Shown here piece after piece: positions 1-10,829 of a stretch of DNA of 64,000 nucleotides (within the stretch, counting starts at the first letter, position 1; each line of letters begins with the position of its first letter). The notes under the pieces were generated by a model. The model worked only from the letters and a program-made list of their open reading frames with translations, was not told the DNA's origin and ran no database searches. The stretch comes from Eledone cirrhosa (lineage: Eukaryota), in NCBI GenBank assembly GCA_964016885.1, contig OZ024765.1:18290001-18354000 (forward strand). The letters are read 5' to 3'. Both the position numbers and the translations under genes were made by a program.

Positions 1-80
1 AAGATGTTTACTTAGTTATGGTGTTCGGGTGGTCGATTCCAGACAGTTCCTAGGTAAGCAGTTCCTTGAGTATTAATAAT

Positions 81-289
81 AAAGGAGTGAAGAATAAGAT
101 AGGTCAGCTATACAGTAGGGTTTATTCCAAGTAATTACAAGTGTTTCATTAGTTGGTGTAAACGGTACTTAAAATAAATTGTCACGACACGCTGCAGATA
201 GCGGTTTTTAGTTACATTGGACCAATGAAACATTTGTTAATACTGGGAATAAACCCTACTGCATAGCTTATACGTGTTATTCTTCACCT

Positions 290-293
<4 letters not shown>
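81..293. mobile_element. Fold-back Penelope-type terminal fragment next to (TA)n
   Basis: Imperfect inverted arms AAAGGAGTGAAGAATAA...TGTTTCATT / AATGAAACA...TTATTCTTCACCTCTTT. The right arm carries an HHR 3' half (GAAAC ATTT GTT). Confidence 0.5.
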
Positions 294-378
<85 letters not shown>

Positions 379-551
379 AGTAATATATATATATATATCG
401 TTATAGGTAATCCAGTTAGAGGTTGTGAATACTTCGTATTATGGATAGTTTTTAGCGTACGGCGTTGTTTGACTCAACAAGGGGTTTATGTAGATGACGA
501 GTTTGTGAGTTTATGAGTTCTCTTGCATTCCTATGTAAGTTTATCTTGGAG

Positions 552-753
552 TAATAATAATGAAAGCGTGAAGAATAACATGGTAAACAGTACAAAAAGA
601 AGGTTTTATTTACGTATTTAAAATTGAGTGGCACAGCTTCAAGTGTTCAGCAATTTTTAGACAACTTACTCAGTGAAACAATTGTCAGACTGTAAATAAA
701 ACCCTTTTTTTGTACTGTTGACCATGTTATTCTTCACTCTTTCATTATTATTA
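552..753. mobile_element. Second fold-back fragment with a related terminus
   Basis: Inverted arms TAATAATGAAAGCGTGAAGAATAACATGGT... / ...ACCATGTTATTCTTCACTCTTTCATTATTA. Confidence 0.45.
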
Positions 754-791
754 TTATATATATATAATTTTATATTCTCCGAGTGAGAAGA

Positions 792-875
792 ACCCTCTGA
801 CGAAAGTCTCCTTCTCAATGGTGTTCCGCATGGATTATCCATTTATTTTGAGACTTGAAACCGCGCGGTAAGGGT
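792..875 (+). ncRNA. Type I hammerhead ribozyme (Penelope-type)
   Basis: ACCCT-CTGACGA-AAGTCTC..GAGACTT-GAAA-CCGCGCGG-TA-AGGGT: three stems, intact core, palindromic stem III, GUA site. Confidence 0.85.
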
Positions 876-946
876 AAATATAGCAAGTACAGTAAACTTT
901 TTAAAATTTATTTTAAAACATTTTCTCTATTTGCTAAACCTTGATT

Positions 947-1013
<67 letters not shown>

Positions 1014-1014
<1 letters not shown>

Positions 1015-1229
1015 AGTGGAACCTCGGTTCACGTACGCCTCTTAACATGAACAAATCGAAAAGATTTTCTTAACACAAAACGTCTCGAGTAACGAATACG
1101 CACAGCTGGCAACAAACGGTTGACAACAAGCTTGGCGTATTGGCGGGAAAGTGTCACTTGCTGTGTTGTTCGTTTCTATGGTGTCTTTCACACACAGTCT
1201 CCCTCTCTCTATATATATATCTCTCTCTA

Positions 1230-1290
<61 letters not shown>

Positions 1291-1390
1291 CAACATTTCG
1301 CATGGGAAAAATAGTTTCGGTTTACCATCGTTTTGAGTGATGAACGGCCTTCAGGAAATATTTAAGGTTGTGAACCGAGAGATTCCACTG
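1014..1390. mobile_element. Non-autonomous Tc1/mariner-pogo (Tigger-like) MITE with internal (CT)n
   Basis: TIRs CAGTGGAACCTCGGTTCAC / GTGAACCGAGAGATTCCACTG. Confidence 0.7.
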
Positions 1391-1394
1391 AGTG

Positions 1395-1445
<51 letters not shown>

Positions 1446-1448
<3 letters not shown>

Positions 1449-1624
1449 AACGAGTAGGATCCTGACGGCTGAGCTCAAGCCGTTTCTCTATTTGCTCAAG
1501 CCGTTTCGAAGGCTAATTCTGGACTAAAATGGTCCTACTCGTTCCTATTACCCACTCTACTACCCTAAGTATTGATTACTTTGGTGCGTTATGGTCCACC
1601 TGGTTCCTTACCACATTTCTTCCG

Positions 1625-1627
<3 letters not shown>
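1446..1627 (+). mobile_element. Short TA-embedded Penelope-type element, family P1 (GAGCTC stem III), with inverted 5' end
   Basis: Shared 3' end ...TACCCACTCTACTACCCTAAGTATTGA..GGTGCGTTATGGTCCACCTGGTTCCTTACCACATTT followed by (TA)n. More than 12 related copies occur in the window. Confidence 0.7.
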
Positions 1628-1675
<48 letters not shown>

Positions 1676-1732
1676 CAAAGATATATATATTAATGAATAT
1701 ATAATTATATACATATATATTTACATAGTCAG

Positions 1733-1772
<40 letters not shown>

Positions 1773-1831
1773 GACTGACTATGTAAATATATATGTATAT
1801 AATTATATATTCATTAATATATATATCTTTG

Positions 1832-1865
<34 letters not shown>

Positions 1866-1868
<3 letters not shown>

Positions 1869-2032
1869 TTAATATAGATGAGATTCTACAGGACTAGAAC
1901 TGTTTCATTCTTTAGAAATCATCATTTTCTAAAGAATGAAACAGTTCTAGTCCTGTAGAATCTCATCTATATTAAAACTTTTATACTCTGCTATGTATTG
2001 AGTACCTTACCTCCGATTCAACCCGGAATAAC

Positions 2033-2035
<3 letters not shown>
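1866..2035 (+). mobile_element. Penelope-type end with a perfect ~53-bp-arm fold-back centred on an HHR core
   Basis: Palindrome 1866-1978. The minus arm reads TGATGA TTTCTAAAGAAT GAAAC AGTTCTA GTC. A relative lies at 31664-31722. Confidence 0.65.
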
Positions 2036-2073
<38 letters not shown>

Positions 2074-2077
<4 letters not shown>

Positions 2078-2720
2078 AAATATAAGAATCAAAGAACTGT
2101 TCAAAACATTATTGTGCTTACAGCTGTTTCCTCCAAAGAATTTGCCACCAGATCAACCAACCTAACACTCTTGTTTACCTACCTAAGTGCCTCTACCACA
2201 CATATCTCTCTGCCACACTATATAAACAAGACGCACGTGCTTGCCACACATATAACATTTGCACTATATAACCGCTTATCTTCATGTACTTTAACCTGTA
2301 TTTTTGATTTTTGATTGTACCTTTTAATATGAATGTAATCTCGAAGTGTGTACTGCCACTCTAAATTCTGTAATGAATGTTGACCCACAATATTTGCATA
2401 TGTATCGGTATGTCTCTTGGCTGAAAAGGAGGTCATATAACTGTCCATTCATTAATGAATTGCTCCGAAGAATCCAAACCTCGGTTTGGAGGAAACAGCT
2501 GTAAGCACAATAATGTTTTGAACAGTTCTTTGATTCTTATATTTCATATAACTGCTCTGTAAATCATCTGATGTTTTTACATTGAGCTACTTAACTTGCT
2601 GGTAATAAGGTAGTAATACATTACTGCCTACCACTATTTTGGGTTTGTATATAAAAAATACATATAACTGCATAAGGTTTTTGTATTTACATAACCATAA
2701 ATAGTATAATTAATACTATA
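2074..2720 (+). mobile_element. Penelope-type fragment with a ~64-bp inverted 5' copy
   Basis: 2074-2137 is the reverse complement of 2484-2548. The 3' tail 2578-2720 resembles 56085-56220. Flanked by (TA)n. Confidence 0.6.
2461..2506 (+). ncRNA. Type I hammerhead ribozyme, U4C core variant
   Basis: TGCT-CCGAAGA-(A)TCCAAACC TC GGTTTGGA(G)-GAAA-C AGCT G-TA-AGCA. Confidence 0.65.
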
Positions 2721-2726
2721 TATATG

Positions 2727-2761
<35 letters not shown>

Positions 2762-2773
2762 GTGTATATAATA

Positions 2774-2866
<93 letters not shown>

Positions 2867-2977
2867 ATTTATATATATATATTTATATATATATATATTT
2901 ATATTTATATATATATATATATATATTTATATATTTATATATATTTATATATTTATATATTTATATATATATATATT

Positions 2978-3010
<33 letters not shown>

Positions 3011-3019
3011 ACATATATT

Positions 3020-3050
<31 letters not shown>

Positions 3051-3107
3051 TTATATATATATATACATATATATACATATATATTTATATATATATACAT
3101 ATATATT

Positions 3108-3139
<32 letters not shown>

Positions 3140-3145
3140 CATATT

Positions 3146-3193
<48 letters not shown>

Positions 3194-3199
3194 CATATA

Positions 3200-3240
<41 letters not shown>

Positions 3241-3241
3241 T

Positions 3242-3288
<47 letters not shown>
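2718..3288. repeat. Degenerate (TA)n microsatellite, representative of dozens in the window
   Basis: TA runs punctuated by TT/CA. Other long tracts include 11460-11776, 28415-28768, 29852-30640, 32045-32700, 48941-49095 and 52815-53620. Confidence 0.95.
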
Positions 3289-3691
3289 GCGTAATATAAA
3301 CTATTAAATAACAATAACAAATAAAAGTGTACTATGTTATCTTAAACTCTACGTTATTGTTGTTATTGTTGCTGCTTTTTTACTCTCGTTTTCAACGTAT
3401 TTTAACGACGAGACTCTCCTTAAAATATTTACTGCGTTACAATATTATATATTTCAACAATTCTGTATATATCAACATTCCTGAGTTTAGTGTCGACAGA
3501 TTGACAACGGGTTTACAAAGAGTCACTGAAAACAAAATACTGAGAACTCGTGTTCATTGCTGTCTTTCATAAACCAGGACAAGGTTGTTGGGTTAGGGTG
3601 TTAGCATATTTTACTGGGCCCCATAATGTTAGCATATTTTACTGGACTATCATAATAGTGTGGGTTCTATTCCTTGTGTGTTGTTTTCTTA

Positions 3692-4250
3692 AACAAAACA
3701 CTTCGTTTCACGTTGCTCCAGTGGTAAAGATGTTGGACTTACGATCAAAACACCGTGAGTTCGATTCCTGGACTGGGTTGTGTGTTGGGCTCTAGAACAA
3801 AACACTTCATTTCACGTTGCTCCAGTGGTAAAGATGTTGGACTTACGATCAAAACACCGTGAGTTCGATTCCTGGACTGGGTTGTGTGTTGGGCTCTTGA
3901 ACAAAACACTTCATTTCACGTTGCTCCAGTGGTAAAGATGTTGGACTTACGATCAAAACACCGTGAGTTCGATTCCTGGACTGGGTTGTGTGTTGGGCTC
4001 TTGAACAAAACACTTCATTTCACGTTGCTCCAGTGGTAAAGATGTTGGACTTACGATCAAAACACTGTGAGTTCGATTCCTGGACTGGGTTGTGTGTTGG
4101 GCTCTTGAACAAAACACTTCATTTCACGTTGCTCCAGTGGTAAAGATGTTGGACTTACGATCAAAACACCGTGAGTTCGATTCCTGGACTGGGTTGTGTG
4201 TTGGGCTCTTGAACAAAACACTTCATTTCACGTCGTTCCAGTAGTAAGGG
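3692..4250 (+). repeat. 104-bp tandem array (~5.3 copies) of a CORE-SINE head
   Basis: Unit starts at 3692, 3796, 3900... Each unit has AGTGGTAA, a B-box GAGTTCGATTCC and the CORE-like CTTGAACAAAACACTTCATTTCACGTTGCTCCAG. Confidence 0.9.
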
Positions 4251-5095
4251 TGTTGGACTTGTGGACTTATAAATCTTATGTTGTGGGTTCGATGCCTTTG
4301 TAATTTAGTACCAGCAATAGCTAGGGGTGGGTTAAAGCTGCGATGGACAGGCGTCCTGTCCAGGGGTGGATGTGTATTGTACAAAGGTGTTTGCATATTT
4401 CACTGGCCCAAAAGTCGGAAGCAATTTGGGAGGTCTTATTGGACCTGGAACCACGTGGTTTAGTGGTAAGGGTGTTGGATTTACGATCACATTTTCGTGG
4501 GTTGAAGACTTTGGAGGAGCGTGGCCTAGTGGTAAGGGCGTTGGACTTGCAATCATAATGTAATGAGTTCGATTCTTTGTGCGTTGTGTTCTTGAACAAA
4601 ACACCTCGTTTCAGGTTGCTCCAGTATATTCAACTGAAATTGAATACCAGCAATATCTGGGGGTTTAACCAGCGATAGACAGGTGTCCTGTCGAAAGAGG
4701 GGGTCTTGTACAAGGTTGGATGTTTACATATTTCACTGGGCCAAAGTCAAAAGGAATTTGGAAGGTCTCAGTTGACTGTGAAACCGCGGGCCTTAATGGT
4801 GAGGGTGTTGGACTCAGGATCATAATGTCGTGGGTTCACCACTGTAGAGATGTGTGCCCTAGTGGTGAGGGTGTTGGACTCAGGATCATAACGTCGTGGG
4901 TTTAACACCAAGTTTGCTGTGTCCCTAAACAAGCCACTTTATTTCACATTGCCCCAGCATACTCAACTCAAAATGAGTACCAGCAATAGCTGGGGCTTTA
5001 GCCCCTACCCTACGACGAACTGGTATATCGCTCCAGGCCACGGAATCCGAGATACGCCGATGCCTGATGAGCCTCTGGTCTCGAGAGAGACTTTA
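4250..5095 (+). mobile_element. Cluster of degenerate tRNA-derived CORE-SINE copies (family B)
   Basis: Repeated TGGCCTAGTGGTAAGGG A-box heads, B-boxes and CORE-like bodies ending AAATGAGTACCAGCAAT. Confidence 0.75.
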
Positions 5096-5733
5096 GACAG
5101 TTGAAATAACACGTCACAGATATTTTTACCAGCAAGAGACCTTTATTTTGTGGGGTGGTGCACTAAAAAAGCGGGTGGTAATGATGGTGGAGATTGTTTT
5201 CTCCTGGGAGGCGAAATACCTTAAGAGTTACTTCAACCCCTGAAGAGACCTGGACTCCCGCATTAGGGAACGGAGTATAGCAGCACCCTAATCACAGATG
5301 TGTGTGTCTAACAAATACATACACATACATATACATACATACACAGCCACACACATACATTTGTATATATATAAATATACAAATATATATATTTATATAT
5401 ATACGCCCATATATATGTATACATATACGTATATATATATATATATTTGTGTGTGTATATATATATAAGTATATGTATACATATATATGTGTGTTAATAA
5501 ATATATATATATATATTATATATATATTATATACAGATATATATATATATTATATAATATATATTATATAATATATATTATATAATATATATATATTATA
5601 TATTATATATATTATATATATATTATATATATATATATTATATATATATATATATTATATATTTCGTTTCTGAATTTGTTTAGCAAGATTCTTGCTAAAT
5701 AAAACAAAAAAAAAACAAAGAAAAGAATCCCCA

Positions 5734-5776
5734 GTCACTGAAGAGGTCACAGAATGTGTGACGAAAGAACTTTGAC
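5734..5776 (+). ncRNA. Minimal type I hammerhead ribozyme (family P2)
   Basis: GTCA-CTGAAGA-(G)GTCACA GAATG TGTGAC-GAAA-GAAC-TT-TGAC. The element runs to ACCCTCCCAAAGTATAACAA(TA)n near 5932. Confidence 0.7.
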
Positions 5777-5930
5777 AATATATAAACAACCATCTGGTTG
5801 TGGAACCAACCAACCAACCAACCGGAAATTTATAAATTCCTAAATTTATAAATTTATTATAATAAATTGAAGTGAAAGCAACTGGTGCGTGTGTTTCTTA
5901 TTGGCAACATAACCCTCCCAAAGTATAACA

Positions 5931-5973
<43 letters not shown>

Positions 5974-6042
5974 TATATAATATATATATATATAATATAT
6001 ATATATATAATATATATATATATAATATATATATATATATTA

Positions 6043-6118
<76 letters not shown>

Positions 6119-6257
6119 GAGCAAAACAAGATTCAATGAGTATATCAAAGAATGAGTTTTACAGTAGATTGGAAGCACTCTACGAATAATTAATTTTCAG
6201 ACTACCTTGATTAAATCTTAACCATTTAACATCTCAGGGTATGTCATGTATCATTAG

Positions 6258-6310
6258 ATTTTGTCTGATGAGGACGTACTGTTGTACATCCGAAATATGT
6301 ATAATAAAAT
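6258..6310 (+). ncRNA. Minimal type I hammerhead ribozyme (family P3)
   Basis: ATTTTGT-CTGATGA-GGACGTAC TGTT GTACATCC-GAAA-TATG-TA-TA-ATAAAAT. Confidence 0.65.
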
Positions 6311-6350
6311 GTAATTGATCAAAAGAACGTCTATTTTATTAATATTTGTA

Positions 6351-6382
<32 letters not shown>

Positions 6383-6387
<5 letters not shown>

Positions 6388-6971
6388 AAATGGGGAGAAG
6401 AATACTGCAGGTTGCACATGGATAACATGTAATAAAATAAGTCCCTCATCAGTGATTTGCCGACGATCATAGATATTTCATTGCATTAAAAATCATATAC
6501 CTCACGTCGGTGCAATAATAACTAAATTAAGTTATTAGGACAATTAAAACGCGTAAAGCGAGTGAGACAAGATAACAACAAAGAGGAGAGCTAACCGTAG
6601 AAGGAAGGGAACAAGCTTCATAGTTATTCTATTAGCATAAGCTAGGTGAATATATGAGCGCTTAGAAAAAAGACCTTTCGGGAACGAATTCAAATGTGAG
6701 AAAGAGAGAAAATGTTTTCGTCGCGAACGGGGTGAAGTGAGAGGAGGAGAAACAGTGAGTCAGTGAGTGGAAGTGTGAGGAAGAGTTAACTGACATGACA
6801 GAGGGGGCGAAAGAAAGTAGGAGAAACAGAGAGAACGAGGGAGCAGTAAGAGAGAGAGAGAGAGAGAAAAAAACAGAATCGCAGTTTAGGTAAATATATG
6901 TGAAAAAATGGGGAGAAGAATACTGCAGGTTGCACATGGATAACATGTAATAAAATAAGTCCCTCATCAGT
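6383..6971 (-). mobile_element. 518-bp-unit non-coding element with a 71-bp terminal direct repeat, inserted in (TA)n (family X, copy 1)
   Basis: 6383-6453 is identical to 6901-6971. Colinear with the diverged copy at 10255-10829. Confidence 0.8.
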
Positions 6972-6989
6972 ATATATATATATATATAT

Positions 6990-7210
6990 TAAAATAACAG
7001 ATAAAAGTTTAAGCAAAGAATCGCTGCTTTCACCCTAACGGGGTCTTCTGAAACTCAGAAGATCCCGTTCAGGGTGAAAGCAACGATTCTTTGCTTAAAC
7101 TTTAATCTGTTATTTTATAAATATTTGCTCTACGGTTCTTATATATTTGATATATATTTATCCTTATCGAGCCCTCTTTGGATTTTTGTCTTCACAATTT
7201 ATTATTATTA

Positions 7211-7212
<2 letters not shown>
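6990..7212 (+). mobile_element. TA-embedded fold-back element (family P4)
   Basis: Palindrome 6990-7097 centred on CTTCTGAAACTCAGAAG. Relatives at 27172-27395, 30887-31065, 33030-33070 and 35327-35977. Confidence 0.7.
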
Positions 7213-7266
<54 letters not shown>

Positions 7267-7360
7267 CCCTCTTCCTGCTATATCAAGCGTTAACCTAATA
7301 TATACCTTCCATATACTGTACCGATTGTGTTGTTATTTCTGTTTACCTTTTACATACATT

Positions 7361-7403
<43 letters not shown>

Positions 7404-7681
7404 GTGTGGATGTGTTAATATATAAATGCGTATGCCTGTGCCCCTAATTGTACACTTATGTGTGTATGTTGACCATTATGTGTGTATATGTGTATGTGAT
7501 AAGTATGTTTATGTGTCACCCTATAGATTAAGTTTATCATATTATCACAAGATTGTTTGTGCACCTAGCAACTAGAAGTTCAATTAACACAAACAAGTCT
7601 ACCGCCACGTATTCGTTTGACACGCTAGAAAGAACAGTTAAATCCCATATGCGCGTCTCCCTTGCCGTCCTCCGGGGCTGA

Positions 7682-7900
7682 CAGAATGGGTCGTAACTCT
7701 ATGCTGGAAAGCATGGCGTCCGACCCTCTACCGATACTGCCAATCCACCAGGTTTAATAATGCCCCAGGAACATAATATTTCAATATGATTGACTCCCGT
7801 CGAGGTTAACTTTGCCTTTCATCCTTACGGGGCCGATAAAATAAAGTACCAGTAATGTACTGGGGTATTTGCTGGCCTTGTGTCGAAAGTAGAAACAATT
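7682..7900. mobile_element. Rearranged SINE family A (5' part on minus, 3' part on plus)
   Basis: CCCTCTACCGATACTGCCAATCCACC (head, minus) and CGAGGTTAACTTTGCCTTTCATCC...AGTAGAAACAATT (body, plus). Confidence 0.7.
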
Positions 7901-8010
7901 ATTGTATATGTTCCTTATCGAGCTTTATCGAACAATGGTATGCAAAGTAAACACCAACAAGTCAAATAGACTAAAACGACTTCAACAAAATATTTATTAC
8001 GTTGTTACAT

Positions 8011-8713
8011 ATTGTTGTTATTGGTGGTGTTGGTGGTGGTGTTGGTGGTGTTGGTGTTGTTGGTGGTGGTGTTGGTGATGGTGGTGGTGGTGTTGGTGAT
8101 GGTGGTGGTGGTGGTGTTGGTGTTGGTGTTGTTGGTGGTGGTGGTGTTGGTGGTGTTGGTGGTGGTGGTGTTGGTGGTGTTGGTGATGGTGGTGGTGGTG
8201 GTGTTGGTGGTGTTGGTGATGGTGGTGGTGGTGTTGGTGTTGGTGTTGTTGTTGGTGTTGGTGGTGTTGGTGTTGGTGTTGGTCGTGGTGTTGGTCGTGG
8301 TGATGGTGGTGGTGTTGGTGTTGTTGTTGTTGTTGGTGGTGTTGGTGTTGTTGTTGTTGGTGGTGGTGGTGTTGGTGTTGGTGTTGGTGGTGGTGTTGAT
8401 GGTGGTGTTGATGGTGGTCGTGGTGATTGTGGTGTTGGTGTTGGTGGTGGTGTTGATGGTGGTGTTGTTGGTGGTGGTGGTGTTGGTGTTGGTGTTGATG
8501 GTGGTGTTGATGGTGGTCGTGGTGATTGTGGTGTTATTGGTGGTGGTGTTGGTGTTGTTGTTGGTGGTGTTGTTAGTGGTGGTGTTGGTGTTGGTGGTGG
8601 TGTTGGTGGTGGTGTTGGTGGTGTTGTTGGTGGTGATTGTGGTGGTGTTGGTGGTGTTGTTGTTGTTGGTGGTGGTGGTGGTGGTGTTGTTGTTGTTGTT
8701 GTTGTTGTTGTTG
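8011..8713. repeat. Degenerate (GGT/GTT)n trinucleotide tract
   Basis: Read directly from the sequence. Confidence 0.95.
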
Positions 8714-8812
8714 TGTGGCTTTCATTGTGTTAGACATTAATTGGTGTCACTGTGGAACGCATATCTACACAGTTATCAGTCACGTGACAGTCAGGGCCGT
8801 CACTGATAAGGT

Positions 8813-9396
8813 ATGGTGATGATGGTGATGACGATGATGATGGTGGCGGTGTTCGTGTTGATGATGAGGATGATGGTAATAATGATGATGATGATGATGA
8901 TGCTGATGCCGACGGTAATGATGGTGACAATGATGATGATGATGATGATGATGGTGATGCCGATGGTAATGATTGTGATGATGATGGTGATGATGGTGAT
9001 GATGGTGGTGGCGTTGTTCGTGTTGATGATGAGGATGATGGTAATAATTATTTCTACTTTTGGCACAAGGCCAGCAGCAACCCCAGTGTATTACTGGTAC
9101 TTTATTTTATCGACCTCCGTAAGGATGAAAGGGGCAAAGTTAACCTCGGCGGGATTTGAACTCAAACCGTAAAGGGACGTAACTCTATGCTGGATGGTAA
9201 TAATGATTATGATTATGATGATGATGAAAGTGATGAAGGCGGTGACGATGGTGGTGATGGTGATGATAATGATGATGGTGATGATGATGATGATGGTGGC
9301 GGTGATGCCGATGGTAACGATGGTGGTGGTGATGATGTTGATGGTGATGATGGTGAAGATGGTGGTGGGGATGGTGATGATAGTGAGGGCGATGCC

Positions 9397-9443
<47 letters not shown>
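8813..9443. repeat. Degenerate (GAT/GGT)n tract interrupted by a SINE-A (9045-9192, minus)
   Basis: Read directly. The SINE has the standard family A body. Confidence 0.9.
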
Positions 9444-9754
9444 CGTGGCCAGGTAATTGGGCCATCCTTTCCAATCCACCGGGGTCTGGAAATGTTTGAT
9501 TTAGGAACCCACCAACATGTAGTTCCCGATGTGGTGGTGCAGCATCTTGCTGGAAAATGATTCTTGGTTGAAGGTCATCTAGTTGTGGCCCCACATATTC
9601 AGTCAAAAGGTCAAGGTAAACATTTGCAGCAATTGATGTCTCGTTGAAGTAAAATGGACCAATGATTCGATTGCACATAATCCCACACCACATGGGGAAT
9701 CCCTTCAATACGTACTTCTGCTTCGCTGTATCCGATATTGTTTCAATACACCAT

Positions 9755-9755
<1 letters not shown>
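9444..9755 (-). mobile_element. Tc1/mariner transposase remnant
   Basis: MWCGIMCNRIIGPFYFNE...YLDLL...IIFQQDAAPPH...FLNQTFP matches the catalytic-domain motifs VWCG..IIGPFFF and FQQDGAPPH. A TIR-like CATGGTGTATTGAAA lies at the 9755 end. Confidence 0.85.
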
Positions 9756-9787
<32 letters not shown>

Positions 9788-9813
9788 ATATATATATAAC
9801 AGGAGGAGTAGTT

Positions 9814-9858
9814 GGCTTTGATAAGCATCAATAAATGCGAAACAAGGCCTAGTCAGCT
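9814..9858 (+). ncRNA. Type I hammerhead ribozyme with U3-A8 core (family P5)
   Basis: GGCT-TTGATAA-GCAT CAATAA ATGC-GAAA-C AAGGCCTA G-TC-AGCT. Confidence 0.75.
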
Positions 9859-10045
9859 TTATCTCCCCCTGTTTGCTGAAATTAAAGTAAGTGAGTCTGT
9901 CACTACTCTAAAACAATAGCATAAGGTCTTCGAAATGCTTTTAATTAAGCATACAGTGTATTGCAAAATACACTATATATACATTCATATATATATATAT
10001 ATAGCTATTTCAGAGCACCAATTCTAATATATTCCAGGATTTTTT

Positions 10046-10099
10046 CATTCTTATGATTGAAAGCAAAATTTTTTGCTTTTAAGAAACCACTGGTAAATG
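10046..10099 (+). ncRNA. Hammerhead motif with a G5 mutation (family P6), probably inactive
   Basis: CATT-CTTATGA-TTGAAAGCAAA..TTTGCTTTTAA-GAAA-CCA C TGG-TA-AATG. The intact relative is at 59130. Confidence 0.6.
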
Positions 10100-10192
10100 G
10101 AATAATTGCCTTATGTTGTTTATTACATAAATATTTAGCTCTGTTACCTACATAGAGCACTTTTTTTTCCTGGACTTTTCCGACGGAATTAC

Positions 10193-10254
<62 letters not shown>

Positions 10255-10829
10255 CATGAGAAGAATGAATACTGCGTGGTTGCACATGGGTTACATATGA
10301 TAAAAATAGTCCTTCATCAGTGATTTTCCAACCTTCATTGGTATTTCATCGCTTTAAAAATCATATACCTTCAGTTGGTGCGAGCAATAGCTAAGTAAAG
10401 CTATTGGGACAAGTAAATCGCGTAAAGCGAGTGAGACAAGTAAACAAACATAGAAGGATAGCAACGCAAAGATAGGAAGAAACAAGCAACATGGGAGTCC
10501 GATCAGCTTAAGCTGTGTGGATTTCATGAGCGAGAGACAGCAGACCGTCCGACGCGAGTGAGGTGTGAGCAAGAAAGGGCCCCACCTCAGGCCAAACGGG
10601 AGGAGGTGAGAAGGGGAGAAGCAGAGAGTGAGTGAGTGGAAGTGCGAGGAAGAGGCCAGTCGAGAGAAAGTGTAACTGACAGAGGGGGCGAAAGAAGGTG
10701 AGACAAATAGAGAGACAAGCAGTAAGAGAGAAACAGACAAACGCAGCTGGGGAAAATATATATAAAAAACATGAGAAGAATGAATACTGCGTGGTTGCAC
10801 ATGGGTTACATATGATAAAAATAGTCCTT
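10255..10829 (-). mobile_element. 515-bp-unit element with a 60-bp terminal direct repeat in (TA)n (family X, copy 2)
   Basis: 10255-10314 is identical to 10770-10829. Confidence 0.8.

Noticed and set aside
3437-3525. Good minus-strand acceptor (TATTTTGTTTTCAG) in phase with the white-like exon, giving VTLCKPVVNLS...IIL*
   Set aside because: It lacks the expected PG.LLA.MG.SGAGK Walker A and stops after 29 codons. Probably chance; RNA-seq junctions would settle it.
5060-5108. CTGATGA..GAAA near the end of a CORE-SINE
   Set aside because: No stems I or III; it corresponds to the SINE 3' tail.
7044-7095. Hammerhead in family P4 (CAGAAGA..GAAA)
   Set aside because: The core is altered and stems I and III are not convincing, so it was not called as a ribozyme.
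8002-8740. Gly/Val-rich ORFs resembling structural proteins (also 23445-24011, 46209-46490, 9187-9499)
   Set aside because: Degenerate trinucleotide tracts are open in several frames, with no signal peptide or splice context.
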